A stretch of DNA of 64,000 nucleotides from the human T2T-CHM13v2.0 reference genome, Homo sapiens (GCF_009914755.1 NC_060933.1), one strand, 5' to 3'; counted from the stretch's first letter, positions 17,486 through 33,710 are shown. Made by a program: numbers and translations. The notes: a model not told the origin generated them from the sequence alone.

Positions 17486-18237
17486 AGCTGGGCACTCTGG
17501 CTGGAACCTATAATCCTAGCTACTTGGGAGGCTGAGGCAGGGAATCACATGAGCCCCAGAGTTATCAACAAGTCTGGGCAACATACCAAGACCCTGTCTC
17601 TTTAAAAATTTTTCAAAAATTAGCACGACCTGTAGTCCCAGCTATGTGAGAGGATTGCTTGAAATTTTTCAAAAATTATCAATCATGACCTGTAGTCCCA
17701 GCTATGTGAGAGGATTGCTTGAGTGCAGGAGTTCGAGACTAGCCTGGGTAATATGGCGAGACCCCCCGCCTCGCCCCATCTCAAAATAAATAGTTAAATC
17801 ATTTTTTCTCTTTTTTAATAGCATGAATATATCACAAGTTATTCAGTAATTTCCCTATTGAGGTTGTTTCCACCTTTTTTCTTTTTTAAGAGACAGGGTC
17901 TCACTGTGTTGCCCAGGTTTCAGTGTAGTGGCTATTCACAGGCACAGTCATGGCACACTACAGACCCAAACTCCTGGTCTCAAGCAATCCTCATGCTTCA
18001 GCCTCCCGAGTAGCTGGGATTATAGGAGCAAATCACCATGCCCAATTTCTTTCCATCTTTTTAATCACTGTAAAAAGAATGCTCCAATCAATCATTTTTT
18101 TTTAATGTGATGAGGTATTGCTATGTTGGCCAGGCTGGTTTTGAATTCCTGGGCTCAAGCAATTCTCCCACCTCAGCTGCCCACGTAGCTGGGATTACAG
18201 GCATGTGCCACTATGCCTAGCTAAATTTTTTTTTTTT
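17486..18237. mobile_element. Cluster of old Alu pieces: + strand (17486-~17789) then - strand (~17875-18047, ~18095-18237)
   Basis: Alu motifs in opposite orientations. Confidence 0.85.
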
Positions 18238-19919
18238 ACATATACCCACAGGTGAAAGAGCATCAGCCTCTTGGATACAATAGGTTTTCTTTAGTCAGAG
18301 GTATATTAGTAGCTGTCCATCTCTGGTGGATCTTCCAACCACACAGACTCCTAAGAGAAGCTTGAATAAACTGTTCATCTTTCACCACATCAGTTAAGGG
18401 CAGCACTTTCCTTATATCCTTGTCTTTTAGAGGTGCGTTCTTCAAATTGCAGATTTGAATCCATTAGTAGGTCATGAAATCATTTCAGAGAGTCACTATC
18501 AGGGTTGTTTTAATGAAATAGGATAGAAAATATCAGGGAGCATCACATGTAGTAAAAGTATGATTGTTCCACAAAATTTTGACTTCAGTTGCAGATCTAT
18601 AAACACATGTGTCTACAGGGTTATCACAAAAAATATATTTCTTACTCTGAGCCACAGTTGAAAGTTTTGAGAAACATGCCTTGGGGTTTCTGAGGAAAAC
18701 CTAGTGGTCTGGAAAATGTAATTGCTCATAATAAAAATATGCTCAAATAAAAATATGAAGAATTATCTGTCAGTTTTGTATTTTCTCTCTTGGGGTACCT
18801 CTGTCACTGTAAGTTGGGGAGTTGCATCCCACCCAGCCATCGAACACGCTGTTGCCCATGAGGCATTTGAGCAGCATCTGGGGACTACAGGGCCAGCCCT
18901 GTCACTTCAAGAACCCACTGGGTCCAAAGCCTCAGCAAAAAATTTAACATATACATACTCTTCTCTCCATCCCCACCCCACCCTGGCTAGATTCCCTCAT
19001 TAGATCATATGAACTTTTAAAAGAAGATGAAAAACAACATGAGCATTCTAAATGCTTCAGACTATATGTTCCAAATACACTCATTAACAGACAGAGAACT
19101 AAAGCCCAAAGCAACCAGCAACAGGTTCTGAATCATAGAACAGGGGACCCAAAACAAAAACAAGTCATCAAGTTGCCAACCCTAGGATTTGTTTTATTAT
19201 CTAATTAATGTGCAATGTGGGAGAATTGGAAAATATAGATTACAAAAAGATTAAAAGTACATACAGTACAAAAATTAGATCATAACATGAGCATTTTTGT
19301 AACTTGCTATTTTTGTTAATATGTTTGCATATTTTGAGTATCTTTCCCACCAATAAATATACTTCTACCTCAGTGTTTTCCGTGTTGTTTAGTCTTTCAT
19401 GGTACGTAATTTATTTCCCTATTGCTTAATATTTGTTTCCAGCTAATGAAAAAAAGATTTCTTAATCACAATTTTTTATGAATTTATTTGGGGATTAAGA
19501 TATTTTCATTTTAATTACAATTTATTCTTAGTTGTCCACTGAGGCATGAATACCCTAAATGATTTCCTGAATGTGCTCAATAAATCTTTCTTCAATAAAT
19601 CTCCTGTGCCACTGCCCTTTAAGGCAGTATTAAGTATTTAAAGTCAATGTTCCTTCGTCACATACTTCAGTTTTACAAACAAATTTATAAATGGAGTCGG
19701 GGAGGTGGTTCTTTCCTTTCCTATCAATCAGTTTATAAATTCAAGAATATGAATTTCCTTGGTAGTAGTAGTGGCAAGGCAAGCACGTGAGCAGTGTAGG
19801 AGTTCGCACCACTGTGGCACATACAAGCAGTGTTTCCGAAAAGAAGATGGGGCTGTCATCAGATAGTACATGTATTAAGGTTTCATTTTTAAAAGTAAAA
19901 GGAATTCTCCACAATTAAT

Positions 19920-20530
19920 TAGCTAATTGGAAAATGTTTATTAAGAATCTATTCTGTTAGATGCTTAATAGACAGACACATTGCTAGGCAGTGGAGATAA
20001 GTACTGTGTGGGATAAAACAGTCTAATAGGGGAAACTGACATTGATCAGTAATCATCCTATTGAATATGTAATGATGAAGGTAAGTGCCCAGAGCAGAAG
20101 GGCATGGTGCTGTGAGCACTCCGACCTGGACTGGAGTCAGCAGTGACTTCCCCAAGGAAATGAGACTTGAGCCTTAGCTCTGATAGACAAATAGGCACTA
20201 GTCAGGTGGGGAGGAATGTTCAAACTTCCCCAAAACAGAGGGAGTATAGCAAATAAAGACTGAAATAAGGCCATTATGGTTGGGACACAGAGTAAAGAAG
20301 GGAGGCCAGACCATGCAGGGCCTCACAGGCCACAGTAAAGAGACTGATTGTGGGGACTTCCTCCTGAAAGCTGAAGGAAGCACTGAAAGTTTTAATCAGG
20401 GGATAACTCGACACCTGAATGTCCCAGGGACATCTTTAATTCAACATATACAAAATCCAATTTAATTATCCCTCTTATTTCCAATTTCTGTAAGTGGCAC
20501 TACCATTCTTCTAGTTAGTCCATTTAAAAC
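19920..20530. mobile_element. L2 fragments
   Basis: L2-like motifs (GGCCAGACCATGCAGGGCCTCACAGGCCAC; GGCACTACCATT). Confidence 0.55.
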
Positions 20531-20541
20531 TGCCCTCTTTC

Positions 20542-20848
20542 GCCAGGCACGGTGGCTCACGCCTGTAATCCCAGCACTTTAGGAGGCCGAGGTGGGCGGA
20601 TCATGAGGTCAGGAGATCGAGACCATCCTGGCTAACACGGTGAAACCCCGTCTCTACTAAAAATACAAAAAATTAGCCGGGCATGGTGGCACGTGCCTGT
20701 AGTCCCAGCTACTCAGGAGGCTGAGGCAGGTGAATCACTTGAACTCAGGAGGCAGAGGTTGCAGTGAGCCAAGATCGTGCCACTGCACTCCAGCCTGGGC
20801 GACAGAGCGAGACTCTGTCTCAAAAAAAAAAAACCAAAAAAACAAAAA
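20542..20848 (+). mobile_element. Alu (AluY/Sc-like) with 16-bp TSD
   Basis: GAGATCGAGACCATCCTGGCTAACACGG; TSD AAAACTGCCCTCTTTC at 20526-20541 and 20846-20861, TT|AAAA endonuclease site. Confidence 0.95.
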
Positions 20849-22152
20849 ACTGCCCTCTTTCCCTTTATCCTTCATCCAATCAATTATCAATTTATTCCTA
20901 GATTTCCCTAATTCTATTTCCATGGTAACAGATACACTCAGTCAGTATTATTCCTGCTATCATCATTTCCATTTAAACCCTCTACCTCTTGTCTGGACTA
21001 TGATATTAACAGTAACCTTCGAACTGGCCTTACTTCTCCTCCTACCCGCTGTCACCTTTTCCCCCAAACAAACTGAGCATAACCGCCTGTGCATCCTTCA
21101 AGGTCCACTTTGACCACCAGTAGTGTGGTGGGTCTCGCCTTCCTTTAGGTACTCTCAGCACTTTGACTTCTTTGGTTTCTAATATTAAGTAGCTTGAGTG
21201 GTGAGACTGTTCTCCTGTCTTCTGTTTCCTATGATGAGCAGTTAGTGCCTTGCACATAATACTGTTCAATAAGCCTTGATTAGAATGGATTGAGAGCAAG
21301 GCTAAAATGGACTCTGCTCCACTTTACTTAGAAAAAGAATTCCCCAGCTGACTTCCACTAAGTCTCCTCAGGCTAGGAAATAGCAGACCAGCTTTGCAAT
21401 GTGCCCTGTCATGCCCTCACTGTCCAATGCTGTGCTCTGGTACCACAGAGAAGAGCAGGTCTGATGTTACTTTTTAACCTGTAAAGGATATGGACCTTTC
21501 TTGAACAGTTCAGAAGAATTAAAGCAGAAAATGTGGGAGTGACAGCGCAGCCTTAGAAGTGTGAGAGGTACCTTAGAGCTTTGTAATAGGCCAGTGTCTG
21601 TAATAGATAAGCAGACCCACAGAGAGGCACAGCTACTAATGAGAGGGGGCAAAGGAGTGTTTGTGTGACCTTGACCACATGGATACGGGTGGCAGAGTTT
21701 CCTTACTGACTAATTCAGGAGTCCTCTAAAACTAGGAGTTCATTGACTTAAAAAGTAGGCATTTGATGAGGATTAGCCCCAGATGGATTGTTCATGGCAC
21801 CTACTGAAGGAGCTTTTCTTGTCTCAAAAGGCCTGAACTGTGTTGCTGCCAGCTTGCTTTAAGCCTTGAGTCTTCTTGCAGGGTAGAGGAGAAATTTGGA
21901 TTCTGAAGTCTCCAACCATTTCGAAGTAGCAGAGGTGTAGGACCCCTGGACTAAATTGGTTTTAGGACAGGAAGGGAGACAGAGATATCATTTCATGCAC
22001 GTAGAGTGCTTTCCAGTCTACGAAGCACCATTATGCCCATTTTCTTACATTATCCTTGTAACATCCCTGTGAAGTGGGCTGGGGAAATAGCCCTCATTCC
22101 ATAGATGGGAAAACCAAAGTTGCAAGGCCTGTCAGAAATCGAACCAAAGTCA

Positions 22153-22297
22153 TCCAGGCAAGGTGGTAGGCCTGTGATCCCAGCTACTTAGGAGGCTGAA
22201 CCAAGGGAATCACTAAAGCCCAGGAGTTCAAGAACAGCCTGGGCAACATAGTAAGACCTCATCTCTAATAAATAAATTAAATAAATAAATAAATAAA
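22153..22297 (+). mobile_element. Alu monomer (FLAM-like) with (TAAA)n tail
   Basis: CCTGTGATCCCAGCTAC..CCAGGAGTTCAAG..CAGCCTGGGCAACATAG. Confidence 0.8.
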
Positions 22298-22446
22298 ATT
22301 TAGGAAAGAAGTAGAACCAACATCTTCTGATCCTTAACATGTGCTGTCTCCACCCCCACCATGTTCTAGAAGAGGGAGAAACTGTTTAATAGCCCTTGCC
22401 ACTTAGGTTGAAACTGATTAGCCTGACATCCTCAGCCATTGGCTGA

Positions 22447-22935
<489 letters not shown>

Positions 22936-23463
22936 TGATCCTCAAAACCGGAAAAATGGAGCTGAGTCCAAAAAAATCTTTGAATTTCTTCTGTAAGAAT
23001 AAAATGTTTGTTATATCCTGGATTCATCTTAGTGAAAGGCTTGGGGCAATGGATGATAAAGAATGATGCTGTGGCAGGTCTTCTGTCGAACCTCCCCCTC
23101 TTCCCCGCTGCCATGGGTTTTCAACCATGGATAGTACTACACCCTGTGGGAGGCAATTGGAAATTTGGGAGGGAGGAGTTTGGGGAGGTCACAACACCAG
23201 GTGGCTACTGGTGTTTGGTACCAAGAAAAGCAGGGATGATAAATGTCCTGCAATGCCTGGAACAATCTCTCACAACAGATTGTTCTTTCTAAAAGTGCTA
23301 GTAGCTCCCTGTTCATAAACATGGTCACAAAGACATGAGCAGCTGGAAGGACCTCCTGGTTCTTGTCGTCCAGAAAGAAAACCTCAACAATGGCTTCAGT
23401 TGGGGCTGTTCCTCTAGGCTAATCTGGGAAGACTCAGCCCCATGCAGGTAGCTCTGTGCTTAG

Positions 23464-24141
<678 letters not shown>

Positions 24142-24149
24142 CTAGAGCT

Positions 24150-24320
24150 AGGATGGGGTTTCTCAACCTCAGTACATTTTAGGCTGGCTAGTTACTTGTT
24201 TGAGGGGCCAAGTGCATTGTAGGATGTTTAGCGGCACCCTGGCCTTAATCCCCTAGATGCCGGTAGCATACATCTCAATGTGAAGGTAGCAAAATCACCC
24301 CCGGTAGAGAACCTCTGAGC
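24150..24320. mobile_element. hAT-type MER DNA transposon relic (MER20-like)
   Basis: Termini GGTTTCTCAACC...GAGAACC are inverted-repeat-like; internal GTGCATTGTAGGATGTTTAGC. Confidence 0.6.
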
Positions 24321-25179
24321 TAGGAGATTGACTGGGGCCTAATTACTCAAAAGTAATTCTGCTTGGAGCAGTTCTTTCTCTAATAGTCTATAGTTGTCAT
24401 TCATTGTATCCATATGAAAACTAACCTGAGATCCTAACCAGCTTGCTTCCAGTAGGGGTAGATTCTATCACAGGAAAACTTCCTAGGCCTGAGATCCTCA
24501 CTCAGCCTGCCACCTGACTCATAAGCATTTGCTCTTCCTCTTTGAAGTGGTTATTATGTGAATTAAATGACAAAGCTCTATTGATTCAGAACTTCGCAAA
24601 TTATATATAAATGCCTTCTAACTTTTAATGAAGGACAGAGTCTAAGGTTTCCATTGAAAGCCAGATTTATATCCATTTCTCACTACACCTGAATAGAGTT
24701 CAAGTCTTGCCTTATTGATCTGTTGTCCTGCAGATATCGTCATTGTTTATTGATTTCAGAGTGAGGAGCACCTGCTGATCCCCCCTTCTTCCTGCTGCTT
24801 AGACGAAAGCAGAGATGTGCCACTTTCTAACAAATAACTCTTCCTCTATGGCTTGTTATGGAACAGCTATTTTCAGCCACTGAAACACCTGTCCCCATGG
24901 AGTACACTGCAGCAGACCCTGCTGTACCGGCGACCTTCTCTAGTGCCTGTCACCCCTTCCAAATGCCATCCTTTCATCTCGGCCACTCTGCTTTGCGGTG
25001 TGCTGCTGCTATAGGACTGGGGTGAAGGGGTCACCTCCCTAACCCCCAGGAACACACTGCTCCCTCCCCAGCTTCCTGACACAGTCCTACCATCATTGCC
25101 ACCATGCTCCACTGGGCTTTTTACAGAGCCTCCTTCCAAGTACCTCTCCTTTCTTTCCTTCCCTTCACAGCCAACAAAT

Positions 25180-25349
25180 CTTCTTCTTCTTTTTTTTCTT
25201 TTTATGAGACAGGGTCTCACTGTGTCACCTGGCTGAAGTGCAGTGGTGCGATCGTAGCACTGCAGCCTTGAACTCCTAGACCTAAGCAATCCTCCTGCCT
25301 CAGCTTCCTCAGTAGCTGGGACTACAGGCACAAGCCATTGCACCTGGCC
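25180..25349 (-). mobile_element. Alu right monomer/FRAM-like
   Basis: T tract, then GAGACAGGGTCTCACTGTGTCACC..GTAGCTGGGACTACAGG. Confidence 0.85.
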
Positions 25350-26345
25350 CCACAGCCAAACTTCTTAAAAGAATTTCACCATCTCCTATGGTTTTTCAAC
25401 CACCTATCATATAATCTGACATCTGCATCCATCATTCTGCAGAACTGTTGCTTCCTAAGGTCACCAGTCACCTCCTAATTGTCAAGTCCACTGACCTTTT
25501 CTGAGGCATCTTCTTACTTGATCTCTCTGAAGTATTTATTACTTCTTTATTCCTCTCTCTTTTCTTTAGGATTTAAGTATTTTTATGAGAATTATTGCAT
25601 AAGATATGGAAATGAGAGAAAATAGAAAGTCAATAAAATCCCACCTCAGTGGTGTAACCACCGTTAACATTACCTCCCACATTCTGCAGCTGTCTTTGCT
25701 TGGTATCCAGTACCTTCTTCTCTACTGATGCTCTTCCAGCCTTAGTCTCTGACCATTCTTTCTCAATGCCCTTTGTTAGTTTCTTGTCTCAGTCCTGTTT
25801 CTCAGGGTTCTGTTGTTTAATACTCTTCTTTTCTCACTGCGCCCTCTTTGGTGACTTCATCTACAGCCACCATCTAAACACTAATGACTCCTATTTCTGT
25901 GTGTCCAGACCTAAATTTCCTGTCTCTTGCACTTATCCACCTTGATATCTCACAAGTACTTCACACTCATCATGCCCCAAAATGAACTCATCTTTGCCCC
26001 CAAACCTGCTCTTCCTCCACTCCTTATCTCTGTGAATAGTAATACCATGCCCCAGTTACCAATTCCAGTTCAATCTCTCCCTCATGCCTCACATCCAGTG
26101 AGTCATCAGGTCCTGATGATGCTGCCTCTAATATCTCTCTTCCCTTCTTCATTCTCATGTCTCAGTTTAGCTGCTCATCATTTCTTGCCTGGACTGTTGC
26201 GGCAGCCCCCAACTGCTCTCCACACCTCCAGACTCTGCCGCTCTAATCCATCTTCCACACAGCAGCCAGAGATCTGACCACGGCACTCCCCACTTGAAAA
26301 CCCTTTGGTGGCTCCCTTTTGCCCTCAGAATAAAGGCCTAATTTG
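25350..26345 (-). mobile_element. L2 fragments
   Basis: L2-like pyrimidine-rich motifs (AAGGTCACCAGTCACCTCC; ATCCATCTTCCACACAGCAGCCAGAG). Confidence 0.6.
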
Positions 26346-27275
26346 AGGGGCTCGATAAAGGGTATTGGAGGTACTTCATAGTAGGCCCCCTCCTTCCCTC
26401 ACACACACACTCACATGTACTCCAAACCTCAGCCACACTGAACATCTCACAGTGTTACACACCACTGTGGCGCCCAGTGTTTACTAGGTGCTCAGTAGGT
26501 GTTTATTGAAAGTATGGTTTGAAAGAAAAATACAACTATTATATATTAGTTTTTAAAAAGTGTTATGGAAGAAAAAGAATGGTTTGAGTTCTTTATGAAA
26601 TCCACGTATGAATACTCATGAAATATCTGCTCTTGTACTTTGCGGGTATCTCAGAGGAAGAAAATGACCTTGTACTAGAAAGGATCTTTGATAGTTTAAA
26701 GACTGTATGGTAACGTCAACACAATAAGATATTGGTGCTCCTTTGGAATTAAAACTTCTGTGGCACTACAAAAAAACTCATTTGGCTTTAGGAGCCTTGT
26801 AATAATGGCATCTTTTAAAACCATTCTGGGGTTATTTAAAGTGATACAACCCACTTGGAGCAGAGCTAGGATTAAACTTTTTTTTTTTTTAACTAAAATA
26901 CATTTTTAGCACAGCCTAACACAGAAGCCAAGTAGATAAAAGGGATGGAGATGGAGCCGCTCTGCTTGATGGAGATAGGGATTCACAACCTGCCTACTCA
27001 CTAGCCCCCTTATTCCCTGCAGCAGCTTCCTAAGGCACTTCCAAGAAATCCCTAGGTTAGCTCAGAGGAGAAAACCACTGTTTTAGTAAAGGGACTCAGT
27101 GCTGGAGTCAGGATATCTGGGTTCTTGGGGAAGATTCTGCCCCAGAGTAAAGACAACTCTGGCCAAGTCCTTTCTCCTCTCTGGGGCCTCAATCTCATTG
27201 ATTGTGAATAGGAGGCTGGGATTAGATGATCTTGGAACTGCTTTCCAGTTGAAATTCTATTTCTAGCCCCCTTGA

Positions 27276-27473
<198 letters not shown>

Positions 27474-27696
27474 TAGAATGAACCATGAAAGGAGTGTTCC
27501 ATATTTAGTGGGTAGAGGGTAAATGAGTCCTTGTTCCTGAGTTGTTGGCCAGCAGAGTCACCTATCCCTGTCACAGCCTGGGTGACCCTGGCCATGGGAG
27601 GCAGAGACTTAGCAAGAGCTGTGGGTTTGGGGGCCCCGAGGGTGCCCTGGAGGTGATGGAGGTGCCCTGAGGCTGAGGAAGGATGGGCATGGCTAG

Positions 27697-27960
<264 letters not shown>

Positions 27961-28197
27961 TGACAAGGGCCTGGGAGGCACGCTGGGCAGATTGGGGGAG
28001 CACTGGGTCCTGCTCAAGCAGGGACAAGTATCAGGAATGGGCTCAGGTTCCATCCAGTGACAGATGATCTGGTGCCCAGGCTGAGGAAACTGCGTGAGGA
28101 AGACTGATCTGCCCTGGGCCGCACTGGAAGTGCTGATGCCTCCAGAAGGGCTCTGGGCAGCTTCTAAGGGAGGTTGCAAAGGTGGTAATGGAGATAG

Positions 28198-28545
<348 letters not shown>

Positions 28546-28703
28546 TAGGTAGAGGATGGTGATGCCTACGGGCCAGGGCATAGGACAGCCTCTGCCTTCA
28601 ACTCGGTGTTGCCACATGTCAGAAGAGCCTGGATGAGCATGTCCAGAGCCTTGGGCTTACCAGAGTTTGGGAGGGGGCAGGCATTTCACTATCCCACTCC
28701 TAA

Positions 28704-28823
<120 letters not shown>

Positions 28824-29061
28824 TGAGTAGGACCTCCTCACCTGGCCATTTGTACCCTCTGAACCCCCACAAAACACACAAGTAAGAGAGGGCATTACCC
28901 ACTCCCACTCCAAAACAGCAAGCGCCCACCCAAGAAACCAGGCTCCAAGAGTGCACATTTGACCCAAGTCTATAGGACCAGCCAGCTGGTCTGTTGGCCT
29001 GGTAGCACAGCCAGCCATAGCCAGGTCAGGCATGAGCCAAGCTTCCCTGAGTTTTGTGTAG

Positions 29062-29292
<231 letters not shown>

Positions 29293-32200
29293 CATGGAGC
29301 AGAGAAGCTCGGTTTGAGGACAGTGACATCCTCTCCCTCCTTTCCTTTCTCCCTTCCCCCACCAACCTCTGGCACAGAGACTCATGGGGTTGGGACACTG
29401 CCAGCGTCTTAACTTGTCACTAAGCTTTAAGGCACTGAAATCACCATTCCCCTCACAATAGAGGCAGTGAATGCATTGCCACAAGGAGAAGCCCTGGGAG
29501 CTGTGGCAGCATCCTCTCCTGGACCGCCCCTGCCCCACATCATAGACGGGACCTGCCACCACACTTATATACATGTGCACATGCTGCCCAGCTGTCCATG
29601 CCTTCAGAAGCCTGATTCTTTTTGGTTGAGAAAGGACCAAAGTCCCTTTGTGAAGCCCCTGGTATAGAGGAGGGGGTCTCTACTCACCCCTTCTATAGGC
29701 AGGCCAGTTCTAATTTCCAATAGATAAGTCTCTGGCCAAGTGATTCTTAGGAAGGGGGCATGTCAGACTCGCATGCCTGCCTAGAGCTCCTGGAGATCCT
29801 AATGGGCCCCGCTTTCTCCACCAAAAATCCCTTCTGCAGTCAGCTGCTGTTACTAGTAGGTGTGCATTATGTACCTCGGCTGTACTGAGTTGGGAAAAGA
29901 GTTAAACATCACCACTGAAATTCAGCCCTTTATTTATTTAAATTCCAATTCCTGGTGACAGAAAAGGCAACTAGCCTGGAGAATCCTGACTGGAAGAGGG
30001 GGAGGCAGCCCTTCCCAGGGACTCGGGATTCTAGGAACCTCTCAGTCAGGTCACCTGAGTCCAAAAGTCTTTAGCAGGGTAGTCAAAAATCAAGGTGAGC
30101 CTTCTTGGCCCCATTTTTCAGATGGTAGCTCATGGCCTAGGGCCAAGGGGGCCTGAATGGAGCAAACACACTGGCAGGAGCCACAGCCCTCTGTGTTAGA
30201 TGCTTCACCCAAGTCACCGACCACAGAGACTGACGAGAGCACACTCTGGAGGAAGAGGAGAGAACGGGGCTCTGCTTCCTCATCATTCCAGCTCAACTCA
30301 ACTGTAGACACCTTCCACAGCCCAAGAAAGATCTGCAGAGCCCTGAGCAGGGACTCTTTCAGCCATCCTGACAAACAGGATAAGAGGCTGGGGCTTAAGA
30401 AGAGGCTCTGCAGAGAAGGTCCTGGGAAAGCCTTACAGAAGAAGTTTTCCGCTTCTCCCTATCACTGAGACTCGGCTTGAGTGGCTGCTTCTCCTCACTG
30501 CTCATCACATGTCCTTCCCCAGCAGGCTAGGGCTTGGGCCTGGCATGGAAGGCCTTTTGGGGCAATCAGAGGCTGCCACAAGAGCACCAAGCCTGGCCTC
30601 CAAGCCCCAGCCCTCCTTCCTAAGTACTCATCAAATTCAAATTCTTCAGTCCGTGTGTTATGGCTCATCTTGGCCGGCCGTGGGGTCCATGTTCTAGGCT
30701 TCTGTTTCCAACTTAATGACTTAGGCATAGCGAGATCTGACTACCAAGAGTTATTCAAAAGGGAGTGGAGTGCAGTCATGCAGAAGCAAACACGTCTTCA
30801 TTGCTCGAGGCCCTTGTGCTAAATCGGGTGCGTACAGAAGAACACACACCGCTCGGTGCTGAATGTTTCGAGGAAAGCAAGGAGCTGCGGCCAGGGGCTT
30901 CTTGAGAGCCCTGTGTAGTCTCCTCCTGTAGGAACCACCTTAGCTGGAAGCAGGGTGGTGAGCTGCTGGGGTTGGATTATTTGGGACTGAAATGAAGCAG
31001 ACAGGAGACAAATCTGGGCTCAGGTGTATGGCCCACAGCTTTTAGAAATGCTCTTCAGCCGTCCCCCAGGATTGATCCATAGGAGGGGCCATTATTCAGT
31101 CTAGTCAAAACAAGAAAGCGCAGGACTCCTGGGCCTAAGAACTGCATCTGAAGCAGCCAGGCCTGGGGTTTTGCACTGAGATGAAAGCACATTAAGCACA
31201 GGGGCTCTTACCTACTCTCCTGGCAAATCATCTCCTGTGCCACTGGCCTTGGGCTGCTCGATCTCACAGACGGGGCATTTTGAGTAGAGACAAGCTCTGG
31301 GCTTTGAGAGCTGAATAGCATTTTTCTCCTGCCTCATCAGTCACAGGGACTGGAAGTCCATCTTGTTCCCTGATCCTTCACAGATCAAGGTGATGCCTAC
31401 CTCTTTGGAGCTGCTGCCTCTAGCTCTCCACGGGTGAGTGAGGAGAGTTGGTGGGCCAGGTCAGGCCTGCCGTATTCCAGGGCCTGGCAAAGCAGCCCCA
31501 GAGTTCTTCCACAACAGGAACAGGCCCATTTGGATCACGCTTCTCCCTATTCCAGAACAGCAAACTTCCTGGGTGAGGGCCTGCTACAGAGATCCCAGGG
31601 GACACTTCCCTCAGCAAAGAGTAGAGTTCCCATCCCACAAGAGTCCTAGGAAGCAGGAAAGCACGAAGGAGCAGCCAGCCTCTTCTCCACAGGCAGTCAT
31701 CTAGCTTTTTACCAAAGGGGAAGTGCCGTTGCTCCCCAAGTCCAGAGTTGCAGACGCCCTGCCCCAACCCCCGTCCAGAATCTCCCTTTGCAGTGTTCTA
31801 ATCCCCAGAGCCCCTCTGCGGTATGTATAGAGTTGTTAAAAACGTTCAGAAACCCAGTGAAGCCCATTTCGTTTTCAAGCCCTCCCATCACTGTGACTCT
31901 GAAATTCTGCCAAGTACAAATATTAGCGTTTGGCTCTAATAAGGGTATGAGAAAATGTTTCAGTCTTTTCTTTGTGGCTACCCAAAATTGAGATCAGTGT
32001 TTCTAACCAAGGAAGGCCTGGGTTATAGACAGGCTCCTCTGAAGCCCACTTGCCCTAAGCATTTTTCACCTAGCATTCCTCTTCCTCATGTTCAGATGTG
32101 AATGAAGGGGCAGCTGGAGGATGTGGTGGAGCTGCAGGGACCGAGGGTCAGCTGAGCAGTGGCCCTGGCCACAAAACCACTCCAAGTCTGCTCCTTGGCT

Positions 32201-33704
32201 TCCTCTCCTGAGCCCAGCCTTCCCCAACAGAACACTTGAGCAAGGGCCCCTAGAGTATCCCAGGGATGGAGCAGTCCCCTCACTCTAGGTACTGATCTAA
32301 CCTTCAAGTGCTCCTCTTCATTTGAGGACACCTACAGTAGAAACCATGAGGACATTGCCTCTTTCTGCCCTCAGCCCAAGTACCTGGGGCTAGCAGGGCA
32401 GATACCAGCCTTTCTGGTCCTGCTGCTCCCTATGGGATGTCACCCTGACCTTGCTTAAGTGGCCAAGTCTTAGGGTCCCCTTATTCCTGTCACCATTATG
32501 AAAAACACAGCATTAAACTGCCTGGGAAGAGGACACCTCCTTGGGGGAGTGAGCCCCAAGGTTATACCCAGGACTCATAGCCCAAAGCACAACCTCGGCC
32601 ATTGCAGGTTTCACAGCTTCAGTCAGAGTGGTGCCAGGAAGCCCAAAAGCCAAGAGGGAAGGTCAGCAGAAGCTGCCTGGCAAGGCCCCAGGCCAGCCAG
32701 GCCCACCCCAGAGCCAAGAGAAACTTCAAGCAGGACTGAGAACTGGTAGCTGGCTCTAGTGATCCTGAAAGCATGTTCCCTTCAGACCAGCAGAGTGAAG
32801 ACAGACAGATGTGTGGCCCTAAAAGGCAGAACAGTTTTGATGCCAGAACTTCAGGACTGTCACCACAGTCCCTTTTTACCCCTCCTCTATTTACAGTGAA
32901 ATAAAATTCCTATTTTCTTTTTTTTTTTTTTTTAATTTTCCTTATTTCAAGCTCTTATCTGAAAAAATGCTACTTTCTCCTACCACTTAGTTTGAATTTG
33001 CCCAGGATATCTGTCTGGGCCCCTGGCTGCAACCCAGACAATGGCGAGATCTCCTGGAGTGGGGGATATTCACGCATCGTGCCTGTTCCTGACAGCTCAG
33101 CCCTGGTGTAGGGTGGGACTGGGCATTTTCTCTGCTGTTACTTTTCTGCTACCACTATTTTTGGGAACCTTGGAAAGAAAATAAACAGGTTACAGAAATT
33201 CGGCTAGCACTAAGGGAAAGCTTTTTCCTCTGGGCCACATGCCCCAGTGACCCAGAGCATGGAAAGGGGGTCAGCTCTGGTCTGGGCCAGTGACTAAGAA
33301 GCCCAATCACATTCCAGTTTCTATAGCACTGGGTAGGCACAACCCACAGTTAAGAACATCAAGTTATAAGTAGCCAGGCCTTTCCATAGCCATGGTGACA
33401 CAAAGGCCCTCAAGATTAGCCTCCTGCCATCATGGGTTGGCCTGTGATCTGTCCCCCAGCCAAACCCAAGTTTGTGAGAGGGACTCTGAGAACACTTGAG
33501 TAACACTTGGGAATCCAATGCGCTCTAGTCCCTCATGCCCTTCCCATGTGCTTTTCTGCAGAAGGTAACTTGACAGCAAGCTGAGGGGAACGTCCCCAAG
33601 CCCTGTCTCCCTGTCTCTACAGCTGCATGCTCCTCTGCGTGGCCCAGCCTTCACAGCGCTCCAGAAGAAGCTGATGCCCTGAGGCTGGGCACAGTGGAAA
33701 TCAT

Positions 33705-33710
33705 AATAAA
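33705..33710 (+). terminator. PHF24: Likely distal PHF24 polyadenylation signal (3' UTR ~4.4 kb)
   Basis: AATAAA followed about 25-40 nt later by a GT/T-rich element (CTGTTTCTTGTTGTTT); the UTR region is free of recognisable Alus. Confidence 0.65.
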
